Positions 42,499-52,897 of a stretch of DNA of 64,000 bases are shown here, piece by piece. A program made the position numbers and the translations under genes. Numbering within the stretch: position 1 is the stretch's first letter; every line of letters starts with the position of its first letter. Source of the DNA: a virus. Taxonomy: Duplodnaviria > Caudoviricetes. The DNA lies in IMG/VR virus record IMGVR_UViG_3300032138_000012, positions 5,836-69,835 of that record; one strand, 5' to 3'. The notes under the pieces were generated by a model. The model saw nothing but the letters and a program-made list of their open reading frames with translations, made no database searches and was not told where the DNA came from.

Positions 42499-42805
42499 TT
42501 TTACCTCTCAAATCTATTTCTAAATCGTAATATTTCTTTTCGTCTCGGTCCCACTTTAGAACTTTGAACTTTCCTCTATTCATTTCGCTGGCAATCGCAC
42601 CAGCAAGTGCAATTATAGCAGGATCACCAATCAAAAGCAAGTAGTCATCATCACAAAATGTGGATAACTCTTTTTTTAATTTGTGAGTCAATGGTCCAGA
42701 GGATAAAACTATTTGTTTATTATCCGGAAGCAATATTTTTAAATCACCGAATTTCTCCGCAGACCTGATATTTCTTCCCATTTCTTGCAAAACGTAAACT
42801 GTCAT
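42491..42805 (-). CDS. Conserved hypothetical protein
   Basis: MTVYVLQE..AEKFG..DDDYLLLIGDPA..LKWDR motif. Confidence 0.65.
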   Translation of the reverse strand: MTVYVLQEMGRNIRSAEKFGDLKILLPDNKQIVLSSGPLTHKLKKELSTFCDDDYLLLIGDPAIIALAGAIASEMNRGKFKVLKWDRDEKKYYDLEIDLRGKND

Positions 42806-42816
42806 AATTATATTTC

Positions 42817-42845
42817 TTGACTCGTATTATATACTATGATAGAAT
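42817..42845 (+). promoter_or_regulatory. Sigma70 promoter for glycosylase/SNF2 genes
   Basis: TTGACT-N17-TAGAAT. Confidence 0.7.
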
Positions 42846-42854
42846 GCTTGTCAA
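42826..42854 (-). promoter_or_regulatory. Perfect-consensus sigma70 promoter for the replication operon
   Basis: TTGACA (42854-42849)-N17-TATAAT (42831-42826). Confidence 0.85.
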
Positions 42855-42868
42855 CATTAGAAATAAGA

Positions 42869-43351
42869 ATGAATATATTTTTTTTACATAGGGATCCGTC
42901 CCGTGCTGCCAAAGCTCAATGTGATAAGCATGTAGTAAAGATGGTACTTGAAACTACGCAAATGTTATCTACAGCCATTAGACGACGTGGTTATGACGCA
43001 GGATATAAATCAGCTTATCCCAATCATCCCATGACAATATGGGTTGGTGATACACGTGATAATTTTTATTGGGCGCTTTGTCACGCAGAAGAATTATCTA
43101 AAGAATATACCATGCGTTATAAAAAGTTTCATGCATGTCAAAAAATTATTGATGCCATTCGCGAACTTTATCCAAGCCTTTCGTCTTTTAAGAATATTAC
43201 TGATCCTCCACAGTGCATGCCGGATGAATTTAAACAAGATGATTTTGTCCGTGCCTATAGAGACTATTATATACATAAAATTGGTCAATGGAAAAGACCA
43301 CCAAAATGGTTTAAAAGTTTAGACGCAGATCCTTATTATGCCAATGTATAA
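42869..43351 (+). CDS. denV: Pyrimidine-dimer DNA glycosylase (DenV-like)
   Basis: MNIFFL..P..AA...CDKHVVKM.LE..QMLST, H.NHP..IW motifs. Confidence 0.75.
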   Translation: MNIFFLHRDPSRAAKAQCDKHVVKMVLETTQMLSTAIRRRGYDAGYKSAYPNHPMTIWVGDTRDNFYWALCHAEELSKEYTMRYKKFHACQKIIDAIRELYPSLSSFKNITDPPQCMPDEFKQDDFVRAYRDYYIHKIGQWKRPPKWFKSLDADPYYANV

Positions 43352-44777
43352 ATTTAAAACTGAGCCATACGAGCATCAAAAAGATGCTTTAAAAAAATGC
43401 TGGAACAAGGAAGCATTCGCCATTTTTGCTGAAATGGGAACGGGAAAAACAAAGATAGCGTTGGATAACGCGTGCATACTTTATAATCGAGGCAAAATAG
43501 ACCGCTTACTAGTGGTTGCCCCTAAAGGTGCGTATATGAACTGGGTAGATTTGGAAATTCCTACCCACGTTCCTGATTACATTGAAAAAAATGTATTGGC
43601 ATGGAAACCAGCGACAAGCGCCAAGTACAGGGCACAGTTAAAAAACATAATGGACTTGAGTGACTATAGATTAAAAATTATGGTCATGAACGTGGAAGCA
43701 TTTTCCACCAAGAAAGGACTGGAATTTGCCAGGTTGTTTTTAATTGGTAAAGCCATGATGATTGTTGATGAGAGCACAACTATCAAAAATCCACAAGCAA
43801 AAAGAACAAAGAATATTTTATCATTGGCCAAAGAGACCAAGTACAGACGTATAATGACTGGATCGCCAGTAACACAATCACCAATGGATCTGTGGGCGCA
43901 AATGGATTTCCTTGATCCGGAAATACTGGGTCAACAAAGTTATTACGCATTCAGGACCCGGTACGCCGTGGTCATTACAGCGAATGCCGCAGGTGGAACG
44001 CACAAGTACCAGAAGATTGTAAAATTCAAGAATTTGGCACAACTGGGACAGCTTGTATCACCACACTCATACCGTATATTGAAGAAAGAATGCCTTGACC
44101 TCCCGGACAAGGTATATACCAAGAGGGAAGTAGAATTAACGGACGAACAGCAACTGGCGTACAAGGACATGAAAACAAATGCCATGACTTTCTTAAAGGG
44201 AAAGTCACTAACGGCTGTCAATGTTCTGACACAATTAATAAGACTGCACCAAATAACATGTGGTCATCTTAAAACTGATGGCGGGGAAACACTGGATCTT
44301 AAAAATAACAGACTTGATGAACTGATGCAGATCCTAGGTGAGACCACAGGAAAAGTAATTATCTGGGCCAATTACATTCATGATATTAAACGAATAGAAA
44401 AAGCCATTTCAGATGAGTATAGTCCTAGTTCTTGTTGCACGTATTATGGCGCGACAGCGACAGAAGACAGACAAAAATGTATTAATGCTTTCCAGGGAAA
44501 AACTTCCATACGTTTCTTCATAGGAAACACCCAGACGGGTGGGTATGGAATCACGCTCACGGCTGCAAGCACAGTCATATACTATTCAAATAATTATGAT
44601 CTGGAGAAAAGAATACAGTCAGAGGACCGTGCCCATAGAATAGGACAAAAAAATTCGGTACTATATATAGATATGGTAGCCAAAGGGACTGTGGATGATA
44701 AAATCATTAAGTCCCTTCGGAACAAGGTTAACATCGCCAAAGAAATCAGTGGCGAGGAACTTTCTACCTGGATTTAA
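43338..44777 (+). CDS. SNF2-family helicase
   Basis: EMGTGKT, VDEST.IKN, MTGSP, LTQLIRLHQ, GGYGITLTAA, QSEDRAHRIGQ. Confidence 0.9.
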   Translation: MPMYKFKTEPYEHQKDALKKCWNKEAFAIFAEMGTGKTKIALDNACILYNRGKIDRLLVVAPKGAYMNWVDLEIPTHVPDYIEKNVLAWKPATSAKYRAQLKNIMDLSDYRLKIMVMNVEAFSTKKGLEFARLFLIGKAMMIVDESTTIKNPQAKRTKNILSLAKETKYRRIMTGSPVTQSPMDLWAQMDFLDPEILGQQSYYAFRTRYAVVITANAAGGTHKYQKIVKFKNLAQLGQLVSPHSYRILKKECLDLPDKVYTKREVELTDEQQLAYKDMKTNAMTFLKGKSLTAVNVLTQLIRLHQITCGHLKTDGGETLDLKNNRLDELMQILGETTGKVIIWANYIHDIKRIEKAISDEYSPSSCCTYYGATATEDRQKCINAFQGKTSIRFFIGNTQTGGYGITLTAASTVIYYSNNYDLEKRIQSEDRAHRIGQKNSVLYIDMVAKGTVDDKIIKSLRNKVNIAKEISGEELSTWI

Positions 44778-45186
44778 TTTTTATTTCTTTTGGTTTTTCA
44801 GCTTCTGGAATATCCATGTGATAATTCACAGTCAACATTCCGTCTTTCAATTCAGCCCCATCCACAACCACATACTTATGCAATTGGAATTTTTTGATGA
44901 AACTTCTTTCAGAAATTCCACGGTGAATTAAATGTCTTGGACTATTTACTCCTAATTCTGTGGCGGAATAAGGTTTTTCCGCGCAACTCGTAATTGTAAG
45001 GGAATTGTCCTTAACTTCAACTTTCAAATCCTTCTCAGCGAACCCAGCTACGGCCATCTCAATAAAGCCTTTTTCTGAATTACCTCGTATGTTGTATGGT
45101 GGATAAGTGGAGACTCTCCTGAAACTGTCAAAAAAGTCATTGTGAAAACCAAGAAAATGGTTACGTAATATATCTAGCTCGTTCAT
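44764..45186 (-). CDS. hsp20: Small heat-shock protein (Hsp20/IbpA-like)
   Basis: YPPYNI, EMAVAGF, HRGIS.RSF...F.L, A.LKDGML.V, IPEAEKPKEI.I. Confidence 0.9.
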   Translation of the reverse strand: MNELDILRNHFLGFHNDFFDSFRRVSTYPPYNIRGNSEKGFIEMAVAGFAEKDLKVEVKDNSLTITSCAEKPYSATELGVNSPRHLIHRGISERSFIKKFQLHKYVVVDGAELKDGMLTVNYHMDIPEAEKPKEIKIKSR

Positions 45187-45234
45187 ATAAACCTCCTATT
45201 AAAGCAAGATTGTAGGACCCATTATGGCATCCTA
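45187..45234 (-). promoter_or_regulatory. ROSE-like RNA thermometer in the hsp20 5' UTR
   Basis: CUUGCU-UUAAU-AGGAG hairpin with bulged G sequestering the SD; upstream hairpin UAGGAUGCC-AUAAU-GGGUCCUA. Confidence 0.6.
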
Positions 45235-45240
45235 TGTGTA

Positions 45241-45909
45241 TTATATAATAGTTTCGTTGTATAAGTCAAGCTTCTTCATGAACGAATCCGTTGCACGGGT
45301 GAAATTTTCACCCAGAAGCTCAAATCGCTGAAATGTAAAATCACGGGAGCACATAAGAATGACACCCTGATCTATTTCAGTATTAAATATCTTGTTATGG
45401 GCCTGGGCGTAAGCCGCAAGCTGCATGAGGTAGTCCTGTATCCATTCACGCTTCTTTGGCCGGTTAGTCTGCTTAAAATCAATGATGGTGGGACGTCCCT
45501 TGTAGACGCCAATCATGTCCGTGGTCCCCGCATATTTTCCGGGGTAATACAGGTGAACCTCGGATCCCCATATTTCCGTTAGGTCCTTGAAAGCCTCGTC
45601 AATGATCTTTTGCGCCATTTTTTCGGCCTGTATGCCTATTTTGGTAAGATCCTTGTACTGTTCTCCGTTCACAAAACGTTCTATATATAGGTGGAGCGCG
45701 GTTCCAATCTGGGAGGAATTCTTGATGATTTCCTCTGCTTTTTTCTCGCCAACTTTTTGACGCCACTTTTTTAAAAACGTTTTATCCTTGGTTTTACCAA
45801 GTATGGTTGTAACTGACGGCAATGACTCACCATCAGGTGTAAGGTACAATCTGCTGGCACCGTCCTGACGTTTAAGTTCTGCGTAATTATATTTCTTAAT
45901 TATTTGCAC
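45241..45909 (-). CDS. PD-(D/E)XK exonuclease (Cas4/MGME1-like)
   Basis: LPSVTTIL, GTALH, SEV.L..YAGTTD, IIDFK, QLAAY. Confidence 0.8.
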   Translation of the reverse strand: MQIIKKYNYAELKRQDGASRLYLTPDGESLPSVTTILGKTKDKTFLKKWRQKVGEKKAEEIIKNSSQIGTALHLYIERFVNGEQYKDLTKIGIQAEKMAQKIIDEAFKDLTEIWGSEVHLYYPGKYAGTTDMIGVYKGRPTIIDFKQTNRPKKREWIQDYLMQLAAYAQAHNKIFNTEIDQGVILMCSRDFTFQRFELLGENFTRATDSFMKKLDLYNETII

Positions 45910-45915
45910 GTGGTA

Positions 45916-46353
45916 TTATACCACACATTTCTCCATATGACCAGCCATTTCCTTGGCTCTATTTGGGGTCTGTTTCGCCCAGCGTGAGTCAAGCATCTGT
46001 ACTGACGCTTCCTCATAGTTAGGTGGATTCTCCTTGAGGGCTTTCCACATATTCTTGAACTTGGAAACACCATTTCCGCCAAGCTGAAAAATCATTTCAC
46101 AAATTATGGATTTTGCATCGTCTGAAATTTCCATTCCCTGGCACATGTCATGCGCCTGATCAACTGCTGATTGTAAATCTTTTTCTAGAATGTCTTCTAG
46201 ATATTCCTTATCATATTTCTTTCCGTCTTCCCAGTGGTCTTCCACACAAAGATGGCCGTAGCCCACGGTGCGTTTTGAAAGTGAGTCCAGATACACGTGG
46301 TCCCTAAACCCTTCGTGTTTCTTAACTGACTCTAAAAGCTTGTCATAATTCAT
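45916..46353 (-). CDS. Lysozyme (T4-like GH24) endolysin
   Basis: HEGFR..VYLD...RTVGYGH, FQLG..G..KFKNM, MLDSRWAKQTPNRA. Confidence 0.85.
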   Translation of the reverse strand: MNYDKLLESVKKHEGFRDHVYLDSLSKRTVGYGHLCVEDHWEDGKKYDKEYLEDILEKDLQSAVDQAHDMCQGMEISDDAKSIICEMIFQLGGNGVSKFKNMWKALKENPPNYEEASVQMLDSRWAKQTPNRAKEMAGHMEKCVV

Positions 46354-46550
46354 TACATCATTGCCGTATAAATGGCCTTGAGAATTAATCCCAGAACTCC
46401 GAAGGAGACTGTCCACACAATCTTGAAGATCGTATCAATCTTTTCAGAAAGATGGTGAATATGATTGTCCAGCTTCTGGTTAATCAGTTTTAATTCACCG
46501 TTGATCTTAATGATTTCTTCACGGTTCTGCGTCATTTTTTCCTCTTCCAT
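46353..46550 (-). CDS. Small coiled-coil + C-terminal TM protein
   Basis: 65 aa; hydrophobic C-terminus; directly upstream of the lysozyme. Confidence 0.55.
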   Translation of the reverse strand: MEEEKMTQNREEIIKINGELKLINQKLDNHIHHLSEKIDTIFKIVWTVSFGVLGLILKAIYTAMM

Positions 46551-46551
46551 G

Positions 46552-49500
46552 TTAACTCACCAACGAAATGATGCCTCCACTCGCCACTCTAGGCATTTGT
46601 GCTGTTGGTCCACTGGGTACACCAAATTGATTTGCCAATGCTGCATCTGTATTACCGGTATATAAACTAGCCGCTGCATTAGGATTCATTGTTGTATTAG
46701 CAGCAATGGATGAGCCTGTAGTGCCACCACCATAATTGGCGGTAGCACCTACAGACGTTGGGCTAGAAATTGGTGAAGCTGACCCTACATCAGCACCACC
46801 AGTTACCGCAGGAGTGAGCGACTCCTCACGGATTCCTTGTTTGGCTTGCGCCGCTTGTTTCATTTTTTCAAAGATGTTAATTTTTTGTGTCATTTCATCT
46901 TTACCTGTTTTAGGCATAACTTTATTTAATTGTTCACGTCTTGATTGCTGGTTTAATGAATCGGAAATTGTTTTATCAAGGTCTTCCAAATCACCATTGA
47001 AATTTGCACCAATAGTTTGAAGTGCATTTTTAACAGCTAGTGCTTTTGGAGCGGAACCATATTGATGATAACTAAATGGATTCCATATACGTGCAATGTC
47101 CTCATCAGTTGCCTTTAAAATTTGATTTGCCGCTTTTAGATTAATGGGATTGGTTAATATTTTACCACTCTGTCTTGCAAGTAGAGAAAACATAACTGCA
47201 TGCACCATGCTGACTGCAGGAATTGCTGTGCCTGCTGCGGCACCTCCACCAGTAGCTGGTAAGAAAGACCTTATTGCTCCTTTTAATCCAGAAATTTGCG
47301 CTCTTCTTGCTATGAACGTACTAATATCAGGAACACCACCACGAAATGCTGATTCTAATACTACAGCAAAGTCCGTTAAATCTTTAGCTGTTACAAAACC
47401 TGGTGCAACTTCTTTAAACTTGGTAGTATTCATGCCAGTTCCCAAAGCTTGTATAGTTTTTCTATCGGCTCCAGCATCTACTAATTCATCCGGTAAATGT
47501 TTCATCCAGGGTGAAAGATCACCTTTTTTTTGAGATATTTTAAGTCCTTCTTCTATTGTTCCGTATAATCTACCACCTTTAGCATCGAGTCCTAAATTTT
47601 CTATGAATTTTTTAGGATCAATTCTTTTAGCTGCCGCTACTCCTTCTCCAGTTTTCACTGTCGCTCCTAAAGGAGCGTTTAAATCTAAGAATGATTTTCC
47701 AGGCCATGTTGTAAGTGCACTATCATAAGCATTAGTAATATGACGTCTCATCATTCCCCTAAAGATATTAGGACCAACAAATTCATACAAATGTTGCATT
47801 GCTTGTGGTGATTCCATAAGCTTAGCGGTATGAAGTAAATCGTCCGCGTATTTAGTACCTTGATTTGCCAATTTGTGTTGAAATCCGTAAAGCATATTTT
47901 TTGCATCAGAACCAAAAAGTTGTTTTGCAACTGGGCCTTTCATAAGCATTTGCCCATGAGTCCAAAGATCATCATAACGTTTTAAGGCCGCTTGACCTGC
48001 TTCACCAAGGTCTACTTTCCTTGCCGCATTTTGTACGGCCTGTGAAAATTGTTCTGCAAAGTTAATTGCTGTTGGGTTATTTTTCATTCCACCCATTTTC
48101 ATTATTTGTCCAAGTTCATCTAGCATTGCATCAGCTCTTGCTAATGTAATGGAACCCGGTTCTTGTAATATATTATCAAAAAATTGATTAAGTTTGTTTT
48201 TAGTCACTGTTGGAAGAGGAGTTCCATCAATGCCTTTCCCCGCTGTTTGCGCCATGTGCGCTTTAAAATCTGTAATAATTGAATGAGGTGAATCATCACC
48301 AATTTTACCTGCCATTTTAACAACGGCACCACGTGCTGTTGCATGGTCAAACCATTCTTTTCTTAATGTTGTTAATTCATTTGTTAATTTTTTAGCAGTT
48401 AAATTTGAGCTAGCGGTAACGGCTTCTGATAATCTGTTGTATCCTATTGATGGAGCAATTCTATTGGTCATGTCATCAAGAATGACATTTAATTTTTCCG
48501 CACGCTGCGCTAGATTTTTTGATCCTCCACCACCAATCAACGGAAATCTTAAAAGAACATTTGGTATACCTTGAACTGAACGGTATGCACTAACATCCGT
48601 AATGCCTACAATTGGTTCCGGTTCACCAGTTTTTTTAATCCAACCTCTTTTGCCACCATACTGTCCCTCAGGAATAAATTTTTCTGAAAGTCTCATTCCT
48701 TTTTCTGCAATTTTTAGTTGTTCCGGACCAGCACCTGCCAAATAAGTTCTAGTTACATTGCGTACACTATTAATTGCTGGCGCAATAAATGAAGTTGCCG
48801 CAGTTAATTTAATTTCTGTTTCCGCTGTATCCATTAAACTTCTTGCACGTTCTGGAATGCCTGGCCTGTTAATTCCCTTTTTGCCAAACACACCTGCTGC
48901 GTTTGAAACATCAAGAGCTGTTTCATATCCATAATCCGCTGTTAATACACCAACAAGACCACCTGCCAATGCACCTGCCATTCTTCCCCAGTAAGGTCCA
49001 CCTTTCCAAAATTTAAAACCACCTTGTACACCCTTGCCAAAAGCTGTTGCAGCTGTGCCCAATGCTCTTGGCTGCGCAATCGCCCAGTTCTTTGACATTT
49101 TATATCCAAGTATATTACCTCCAACGGCGCCACCAAATTTCATTATGTTTTCAGCTTCAGGAAAAGGATTTGGTGAACTAGTGGTTAATCCGTATGGATC
49201 CGGTAACAGATCCACATCCACATCATCACCACCTTGAATTTCATTTGCCGTGTATCCTTGTGATCTAACATACGCTAGGATGCGTGCTTCCAAATCATTT
49301 TGATTTATTTTTCCAGGGCTGGCATTCTCTGTTTTTTGTGCCGCAGCAATAATTTGTGCTACTTCTGAACGTACAGTTTTAATATCACGCCTGTTTGCCA
49401 ATGCTTTTTCATATTGAATTTGTAATTGTTCATCTTCTTTAACTTTATCCAGCGCTATTTTTGCTTCACGTGCCCTTTCCTCTTTTATGTGTTGAGGAAC

Positions 49501-49779
49501 ACCGCGTGGTCCGTATTGATAGATATCATAAACTGTTTCCGCACCACCTTTAACCGCGTCCCAAAATCCACCGATGATAGCATCCTTCGCTTTACCACTT
49601 CTTTCCCTTATGCGGTCTATTCTTGCTTCCGAGTCCGTTATCGGAGTAGTGCCTCTAAAATCTGTATACTCTGTATCCTTTGCGCCAATGATCTTTTCCT
49701 TTCCGGCTTCTCCCATAAGAAGAGTGGAGATTTGATCAGATGAAATAGGATTTAATTTAATTCGGTCTGCCATTACCAA
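46552..49779 (-). CDS. Large internal virion (ejection) protein
   Basis: 1075 aa Ala/Gly-rich helical protein with hydrophobic Gly-rich stretches; last of the ejection-protein cluster. Confidence 0.6.
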   Translation of the reverse strand: MVMADRIKLNPISSDQISTLLMGEAGKEKIIGAKDTEYTDFRGTTPITDSEARIDRIRERSGKAKDAIIGGFWDAVKGGAETVYDIYQYGPRGVPQHIKEERAREAKIALDKVKEDEQLQIQYEKALANRRDIKTVRSEVAQIIAAAQKTENASPGKINQNDLEARILAYVRSQGYTANEIQGGDDVDVDLLPDPYGLTTSSPNPFPEAENIMKFGGAVGGNILGYKMSKNWAIAQPRALGTAATAFGKGVQGGFKFWKGGPYWGRMAGALAGGLVGVLTADYGYETALDVSNAAGVFGKKGINRPGIPERARSLMDTAETEIKLTAATSFIAPAINSVRNVTRTYLAGAGPEQLKIAEKGMRLSEKFIPEGQYGGKRGWIKKTGEPEPIVGITDVSAYRSVQGIPNVLLRFPLIGGGGSKNLAQRAEKLNVILDDMTNRIAPSIGYNRLSEAVTASSNLTAKKLTNELTTLRKEWFDHATARGAVVKMAGKIGDDSPHSIITDFKAHMAQTAGKGIDGTPLPTVTKNKLNQFFDNILQEPGSITLARADAMLDELGQIMKMGGMKNNPTAINFAEQFSQAVQNAARKVDLGEAGQAALKRYDDLWTHGQMLMKGPVAKQLFGSDAKNMLYGFQHKLANQGTKYADDLLHTAKLMESPQAMQHLYEFVGPNIFRGMMRRHITNAYDSALTTWPGKSFLDLNAPLGATVKTGEGVAAAKRIDPKKFIENLGLDAKGGRLYGTIEEGLKISQKKGDLSPWMKHLPDELVDAGADRKTIQALGTGMNTTKFKEVAPGFVTAKDLTDFAVVLESAFRGGVPDISTFIARRAQISGLKGAIRSFLPATGGGAAAGTAIPAVSMVHAVMFSLLARQSGKILTNPINLKAANQILKATDEDIARIWNPFSYHQYGSAPKALAVKNALQTIGANFNGDLEDLDKTISDSLNQQSRREQLNKVMPKTGKDEMTQKINIFEKMKQAAQAKQGIREESLTPAVTGGADVGSASPISSPTSVGATANYGGGTTGSSIAANTTMNPNAAASLYTGNTDAALANQFGVPSGPTAQMPRVASGGIISLVS

Positions 49780-52037
49780 TTCCCACTTGCGTATTTCATT
49801 AATTCACTAAAGTCCGCTGGTGCGTGCATAGGAACTTCATTTTTTCCTTCATAAATGTTTCCTGGTGCGTTGCCTACTTGCATTTGTGAATTTTCTGCCG
49901 GTAATGAATTCATCCAACCAAGACTAATACCTTGGTCCAATGCTTGATTGCCAGTAAAGCCAGTATAGGACTTATTGTAATTTTCTATGCTTAAATCTAT
50001 CAACCCTCTACCACCTTCGAATCTTGTTTTAGGAGTAGAGCCACCTTTAATTGCGTGTGTTGCGTACGCTTCGTACAGACGTTTAACAAAGAAGTGCATT
50101 CTATTTGCAGTCTGAACTGGATCACCTTTCATGAATCCTTGCGCTTTTAAGTTTTCAATTGATGTTTTAATTGTATCGGCAAGCAGACGACCAGTTGGCT
50201 GTTTCAAACGAGCTTCCAGGAAACCCATCATGTTAACTAATTGTTCGTTGACATCATAGAATTGGTTATTGGTTAAGTTTCTTACATATGCTTCTGTAGC
50301 AAAATCACCTGTTATTTGATTACCCTGTCCATCATCATAAGTGCCGTGCATAATATCTTTTGATCCACCATGCGCTTCGTTTTCTTTGTTACCGGCACCT
50401 GAAATAAGACCCTGTGATTCAACAAGACTCTGCATCATGTCAGTTTCTACTTCTTTTAATGTTCCCCACAAATATTTACCGGTGTTTGATGAAACCGTAT
50501 TGGTACCAAATATGGTATCCCAAGCGTGGTTTACTTCTCTGTCCAAGAATCTTAATGTTTTAAGAACTGCTCCAGTTGAGCCTGTTTTAAAGTTACCGGA
50601 ATGCAATCCTATCTCAGGATCCATTAGGAAGTTTAGAATCTGTCCTATGTTTCTTTCATATACATTGGCAAGCATAACGTTTTCACCACGTTGCGCTTTA
50701 GTTAAATTTTGATCACCAAGTCCTGCAGCTTTCATACCAGCCTCAGTCATGTTTAAAGGAGTAATACGAATCATTTCTGGATCCGAGTTTTGCATAATGT
50801 ATAATGCTTCAGGTGATTTACTAAATGTTTGTTTTAAATTAGTCCAGTTATCAATTCTTTCTCCACTTGGAGTGTACTGTGGATTATTAACCTGAATCAT
50901 GGATTCATCACCGGCAAACGGTTGTTTATATTCTTCTTTAGCTACCCACATATTCATTTTCTGATCTTCTTTCCATACCCAGTCTTCAAGATCTTCCTTA
51001 CGCTGTCTTGCGGATGCGCGATCTTCACGAAGCATATCATAAGCTGCGAGTGCAATTTCCTTGTCTTCCTTGCGCTTGTTCTGCATGTGTGACATCCACA
51101 TAGGAAGAACTTCCTGTCCAGTCTTGCCCAGTATTTCTGAAAAGCCGGCAAATCCTGGTTGATAGGATTTTCCTGCCATCATTCCCAATCCTAGCTGCAT
51201 AAGCATTAAAGATCCCATGTTGGAATCCTCTTTGCCAATTACTCCTCGTAACTCTTTTTTATAATCTTCAATTGATTTTGGAGAAATAGTGTCATCCGCT
51301 GCAACAGCTTCTGAAATTAAATCTGGTATTGGTCCACCAGCAGCACCTATTGTTGTTCCTGTAGTTGGTCCGTCATATTCATCACCTTGTCCACCTTCAA
51401 CACTTTCATCAGGTAAATCCGTTCCTGGTACCTTTGGTCCTTCTACTTTAGGTATTACTCCACTAGCAGTTGGTCCCCCAGTTTGTCCTGTAGATGGTTT
51501 GTCTTCTGAAACACCACCTTCTTCCGCTGCAATATTTGATTGTGGATCATCTGGATGATTCGTCCAGTTATTCATCATTGACGCTGTTAATCCGTATGCA
51601 CCTTGTTCGGTAATGGATCTTTTCCACGGCATCTTGGGCATAATTTTTACATGATCGAGAACTTCTTGTGGAAGTCCCTTTACACCTTTATATCCAAAAG
51701 CCTCAGCCGTGCTTAAACCGTGTTTATTTTTAAGACTATTAAATTTGTCTGACCATGAGTTTAGTCTCCAATCAAAAGTTGATGATGGTGGCTTTCCTTT
51801 AACAAATGGAACCTGATTCATTGGTCCTTTTGGTCCAACAAAAGGTGGTTGTACACCATACCCTCTTCCCATCATTCTTTTTACATTATGAGGAATATTT
51901 GTGACTTTTGGCGCTAAGAATTTAGCACCTCTGTAGGCATAAGGAAGAGCACGCATGATACCGCCAATCCATTTGGCTTGCCTCATTTGCCCATCCGGCC
52001 CACGCTTGAACATAGGCCTATTAAGTGTATCGCTCAT
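49773..52037 (-). CDS. Internal virion (ejection) protein
   Basis: 754 aa; LNRPMF N-terminus; LMQLGLGMMAG segment. Confidence 0.55.
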   Translation of the reverse strand: MSDTLNRPMFKRGPDGQMRQAKWIGGIMRALPYAYRGAKFLAPKVTNIPHNVKRMMGRGYGVQPPFVGPKGPMNQVPFVKGKPPSSTFDWRLNSWSDKFNSLKNKHGLSTAEAFGYKGVKGLPQEVLDHVKIMPKMPWKRSITEQGAYGLTASMMNNWTNHPDDPQSNIAAEEGGVSEDKPSTGQTGGPTASGVIPKVEGPKVPGTDLPDESVEGGQGDEYDGPTTGTTIGAAGGPIPDLISEAVAADDTISPKSIEDYKKELRGVIGKEDSNMGSLMLMQLGLGMMAGKSYQPGFAGFSEILGKTGQEVLPMWMSHMQNKRKEDKEIALAAYDMLREDRASARQRKEDLEDWVWKEDQKMNMWVAKEEYKQPFAGDESMIQVNNPQYTPSGERIDNWTNLKQTFSKSPEALYIMQNSDPEMIRITPLNMTEAGMKAAGLGDQNLTKAQRGENVMLANVYERNIGQILNFLMDPEIGLHSGNFKTGSTGAVLKTLRFLDREVNHAWDTIFGTNTVSSNTGKYLWGTLKEVETDMMQSLVESQGLISGAGNKENEAHGGSKDIMHGTYDDGQGNQITGDFATEAYVRNLTNNQFYDVNEQLVNMMGFLEARLKQPTGRLLADTIKTSIENLKAQGFMKGDPVQTANRMHFFVKRLYEAYATHAIKGGSTPKTRFEGGRGLIDLSIENYNKSYTGFTGNQALDQGISLGWMNSLPAENSQMQVGNAPGNIYEGKNEVPMHAPADFSELMKYASGNW

Positions 52038-52045
52038 CTAGCCCC

Positions 52046-52897
52046 CTAGTTATCTTGAAAACCTTGATATGCCGCCAGTCCTGTTATCCCCATTCCAATT
52101 GCCTGTGACATTGGATTGGCTTGTGGTGTAGTCGCCATTGTCAGTGATGAAGCACTTGTAGGCATACCTTGATAGATATCCGATACAAATCCTAATCGTT
52201 GATATGGTTCGTACATTTGTTGTAATTTTTGTCTGTAGTCAGCGTCAAACGCCTGTTGCGCCAATTGTTGCTGTCTTCCACCAGTCTGCATTAGTGTATT
52301 AATGTCCTGTCCGGCGAGTCCTTGTTGCTGCGCACCCAACGCTGCCTGTCTTTCAGCAGCCTGACCGTAAACATTCTGTGCCGCTTGCTGCGCCTGACCA
52401 TAGCCTTGCGCCAGTGACTGTCCTACAGCCTGTGCCTGTTGTGTTCCCAGTTCTGCTCTTTGTATTCCTTCACGCTCCGTGCCAAAAGCTCCAGTCTGTG
52501 CCGCTTGCGCCGCTGCCTGGTTTTGCATTTTAGCGAATTGATCTTCAATTCCTTGCGTCACGTATGATTGGTAGGGGTTCAGGAAATCCTGATACGCTGT
52601 TGGATCCGCCGCTTTAGCCGCGTAAGCACCTGCTTGTTGCATGTAAGGCTGGTAGGAACCAACGCCCTGTGACGCTAAATTAAATGCTTGCTGTTGCTGT
52701 GGATCAAACGCTGCAATTTGCTGTGTTGGAAGCTGCATTCCTGCGTAAGTACCCGTTTCCCCTTGCGCCAGCCTTCCGGCAATGTCCATCAGCCCAAGTT
52801 TACGCGCCTGAATTTCAGGTGCTTCATATTGGTATGACTGTTGTGCCGTTGTAGGAGGTGTTCCTACGCCTGGATCTCCAAATCCTGGTAAACTCAT
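52046..52897 (-). CDS. Gln/Ala-rich DNA pilot / ejection protein
   Basis: 283 aa; AFGTEREGIQRAE; hydrophobic C-terminus AIGMGITGLAAY. Confidence 0.6.
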   Translation of the reverse strand: MSLPGFGDPGVGTPPTTAQQSYQYEAPEIQARKLGLMDIAGRLAQGETGTYAGMQLPTQQIAAFDPQQQQAFNLASQGVGSYQPYMQQAGAYAAKAADPTAYQDFLNPYQSYVTQGIEDQFAKMQNQAAAQAAQTGAFGTEREGIQRAELGTQQAQAVGQSLAQGYGQAQQAAQNVYGQAAERQAALGAQQQGLAGQDINTLMQTGGRQQQLAQQAFDADYRQKLQQMYEPYQRLGFVSDIYQGMPTSASSLTMATTPQANPMSQAIGMGITGLAAYQGFQDN

